DNA from: Rhina ancylostomus
Taxonomy: Eukaryota
DNA length: 64,000 bases
Direction of reading: 5' to 3'
NCBI GenBank assembly: GCA_030265395.1
Contig: JARFYF010000063.1
Location: 40,282,213 to 40,346,212 of the forward strand
Below, in pieces: positions 60,346 to 64,000 of the stretch. The notes beneath the pieces are model-generated. The model saw only the letters and a program-made list of their open reading frames with translations, was not told where the DNA came from and ran no database searches. The first letter of the stretch is position 1, and each line of letters opens with the position of its first letter. A program made the position numbers and the translations under genes.

Positions 60346-63300
60346 CCTCTGTTAAGCCATGCAAAACTCGAGTTATTTCATGTAATCGTCAACATAGATC
60401 CGGCCAAGACAACAGTAGCACCACTCATTCCTGCAAGCACCATTTCACTAAGGCGATCAAAGCATTCTTTTATTAATAAACTTGCTCGCAGCATGGAGCA
60501 AGACGAGACCTCAAATTATTTAATTGGAAGGTTTTATTTTGCAATTTCACTTTTCGGCCAAATGCAGAAATATGCCATTGCAAAATATTTTTTTATTTAT
60601 TAATTTGCTTTATTTCAGGGTATTCTGGCGACCCAATCAAAAATAATTTAATTAGATATTAAACCTTAATATACCTATATTAATGAATGTGACGCTATTT
60701 GTTTAGAGATTTTAATGCAGATTGACGTGTCACTCCCTTTNNNNNNNNNNNNNNNNNNNNNNNNNNNNNNNNNNNNNNNNNTGACTTACAGTCAGGCACC
60801 GGCGTCTAAACGATATTTTTCTTTAAGAAAGACGTATTATAACTGCATCAGATAGGTTGCCGCACATACAGCAAAATGGTTATTGATTAATCTATTAGGT
60901 TTAGTGAAGAGGGGATGAAAAGGGCAGGGATGGATGGGGAGGGGGTGGTAGCTATTGGGGGAGACATGCGGTAACAATAGAGAAGCCTCAAATAAAGAAA
61001 TTTGGACCAGGATGTGCAGAGGTGTTAACGAGCTAATCATCCCTTGTGTTAGCATATGAAAAACTAGGAAATGGGAGAGTGTGGGTGAATGTGAACAAGC
61101 TATTCACAGCACTGAAGGTAAGCGTTAGTCTCAATACAGTTCTCAGGAAAGAAGGTTTTTAAACTACAGAGTGGAAACTATACTTTTCCAAATAAGTTTA
61201 ACAGGAACTGACACCGTCTTTTAAACAAAAGCCTAATTTCAGCGCAATAATCCCTTCCCAAAAGCAATGTCTTTATGCAACACTAACGTTGTGTGTGTAA
61301 ATACTAGCTTTAATATTTTTTTGTTTTGGTGTTAGTTTAAAATCGAATTGATTTGTTCTCCCAATTCCTCCTACTCAAATCAGAATATCTTTAAGTGACA
61401 AAAGAATCAATTATTCTTTCCACCCTCCTATTAAGACTAACAAAACCATGTGAATGGGTTTACGACATGTTTTCGATGGGAGGAATGAATAACCATTTAA
61501 ACCTGACAGGGCTTCCCTGTGACACAAAATGATATTATAAACTGTAAGCGTTTTCCCCACAGAGCTAAGCACTGTTTAGTCAGCAATGGATTTTCACTTC
61601 GTTTTTTTTGCATGGTTACTATTTTATGTTATCATTTTATTTTGTTCAACATTGATTTTAAGCTATTAATATCGCACTGGAACATAAACAAAACGATAAT
61701 ATTTCGTAAAGGCATCTGGCCTTTCATTTTGTTGAAATTAGATACTATTTACTCCAATTAATGAACTTCAATTGAGATATATAGCTTTGTGTTTATCTTT
61801 TAACAAGTGCGGAATCCAAGCGAATGAAGATATGTTAAGCAATCATCGAGGACAAGAGGAAAAAAATGAATCAAGCCTGGAGGGGAGAGGGGGGAAACCT
61901 GCACGATGCGGTTGTAAATTGGTTATAAATGAGTGTTTGTTGGTTGTTGTTTTCAGTTGTGTAAATACTGCAGAACATCTCAGTTTACAAAGCACTTAGT
62001 TTTCTTACTTGTTTACTTCTTCCTGGGCCGGCTGCCACTATCATCTTGTTTTTTTAAAGAAAAGCTTTAATTGATTCTATCAAACTCTTAGCAAAATCTA
62101 ATTTAGGATGAAATGGATCAGAAACTCGCAGCTATATATACACATTTTCAACAGATTTTCGTTTTTATTCGTTACAATTACGCGATTAACGTCCAGTGTG
62201 TCACATTTGACGAAAATTGCGTACATTCTGCGGCTGAAAGTGATGGGATTTTGATTATTGAAGCAAGATACGGAGTTTAGTGTAATATGGGAGCAGGAGA
62301 GGTTACTGTAACCAGGGGTTCCATAATCACTCTTCATTTAAAATAGGCTGCCTTGTAAGCTAACACTTACTGGCAACTAAAATTCCCGACACAAAGTCTT
62401 TCTTTTTCCCCCATTTTCTTCCTATGTTCCCCCTCTTCCTGTTTGAATCTCGGTTCAAAAAGTTCCATATTTTAAAATTCGTTTCTTTGTTTGGCTTCAA
62501 GAGGAATTAAAATGTGCCCAGAGCCTGGAATGTAGCTACAGAATAAGATCAATTATTTCATTTTTGAGCACTATTTGATTAAAAAAAACTATTATATGCG
62601 ACCATCTGGGCTGTTGCTTTCAATGGCGATCAGCTTCGTGGTCGGAAGAGCATCGTTAAGAGAAACATAAAATGCCGTCTTTGTTCGAAAAGCATCATCC
62701 TATTTATTTCCGATGATCTTCTTAACTCTCAGAGGAGTTTGGAAGAGAATTAAAAAAACAACTACAGAACGCATGTCCCTTTGATGCGTATTTCTTAAAC
62801 ACAATAAAAGTCAAATTAATTAAATCATACCATTAATTATGACCCTTAGCGTGAAAAGGATTGTTTCCCCTCGATTAGGGATGTATTGTGCTAATCCCCG
62901 TGTTGACTCAGAGAACTGTCTGTTCTACAATGATTTCTATAGAAAGGCTTTCTAGATCAATTTAGCAAATTTTAATCAGACATATTTAGGAAGAAATAAT
63001 GATCTGGATATCACTGCCACTGTTTAAATAGTGAACTATAATGTAAAAAACCGAACGAGATTTTCAGGTTTGCACAGGTTATCATTAAAGGCGCGCACGG
63101 AAACAAGCGAACAGGCTGTCATTTCCGAAACTATTCGGCAAAATCACTAAACTTTAAAAGTCAACTATTTTTATGTGAAACTTCAACACTGCACAGAAAA
63201 TGATAATTAAAAAGAGAGACGCAACTCCACTCTTGGACTAAACGACCTGACTTCTCTTTCGCACCGTTCGTAATCTAATTTAATATCATGCTGCTAATGA

Positions 63301-63419
63301 GGAGCAAATCTCCGAGCAACGCTGGGCGTCACAGATCCCTTTCAAAATAATAACAGATTCTGAGCGAATCTTCCTAATAGGAACCGGCACCTAATCCAGC
63401 CAAGATGGTGTAGTGGGAT

Positions 63420-63645
63420 GGAGGAATAAAGAGAAGGAAGGAATGAAGGGGCGAATAGAGAAAGCTACAAATGGTAAAGGGATGAAAAGACATGCGGGGG
63501 GGGGGGGCGCCAATAGAAAGAGACGGAGAGACAGGGAGAGAGGGAGAAAGGTGGAGATGGAGAGAGAGGCAGACACAGAGAGAGAGAGAGAGACAGACAG
63601 AGAGAGAAAGAGAAGAACAGAGAGAGAGAAACAGAGAAATAGAGA
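63420..63645. repeat. Purine-rich (GA/GAGA/GACA) low-complexity tract
   Basis: Direct inspection. Confidence 0.85.
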
Positions 63646-63728
63646 TTGAACACAGGGGCGGTGAACACGGGGTCGGGGCGGTGAACAAGGGGTCAGGGAC
63701 GGTGAACATGTGGTTAGGGACGGTGAAC
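63646..63728. repeat. ~20-21 bp minisatellite, about 4 units (ggggtcggggcggtgaacac)
   Basis: cggtgaac recurs every 20-21 nt. Confidence 0.85.
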
Positions 63729-64000
63729 TGAACAGCAGAGGGTGATCCCAATGACCCGGGAAGGTTCAGTTACAGCTGTGAACTTGTGTGCTTTGAGGTT
63801 TTTCTCTGCTTCTTCCTTCAGCCCTGCGTTCAGTTCCCTTTACCACGACTCTCATCTTACGCTGGAGTTCCCTGCCCTTGAGCATCACCTGGGATTTTAC
63901 CTTGCAGATACTGGTGAACGCAGTCTCCTGACTGATCCTGACTGTTGTGCGGGGCAAGGACAGTGTACAGAGGGAGACAATCGGAGCTACCCTAGTGATG

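Noticed and set aside
63374-63751. Ser/Leu-rich and Arg/Glu-rich ORFs
   Set aside because: Low-complexity GA repeat and minisatellite, not coding.

Overview
Vertebrate nuclear DNA from a gapped scaffold. The repeat content (V-SINEs, Deu-SINE-like remnants, CR1/L2 LINEs, Penelope-like palindromes) suggests a cartilaginous fish, probably a ray or shark; this is inference. Two protein-coding genes are solid, both on the minus strand. FOXD3 is single-exon (59912->58779, 377 aa). ALG6 has 14 coding exons (53094->21257, 505 aa), traced by hand with every splice phase consistent. One ALG6 intron (42151-43069) is a minor-spliceosome (U12) AT-AC intron with a textbook branch point. The 21 kb downstream of ALG6 holds no gene I can recognise, although ITGB3BP/EFCAB7 would be expected there from bony-vertebrate synteny. 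That stretch does contain an unexplained GC/CpG-rich ~3.7 kb block bracketed by two L1-like 5' ends, and weak exon-like signals. Other points of interest: Penelope-type palindromic inserts with hammerhead-ribozyme-like cores, a hairpin plus uORFs in the FOXD3 leader, several enhancer-like motif clusters, and a repeat-free, CpG-retaining zone around FOXD3. I found no convincing wholly new biological system. The leads below are hypotheses, repeat boundaries are approximate, and no database search was run.
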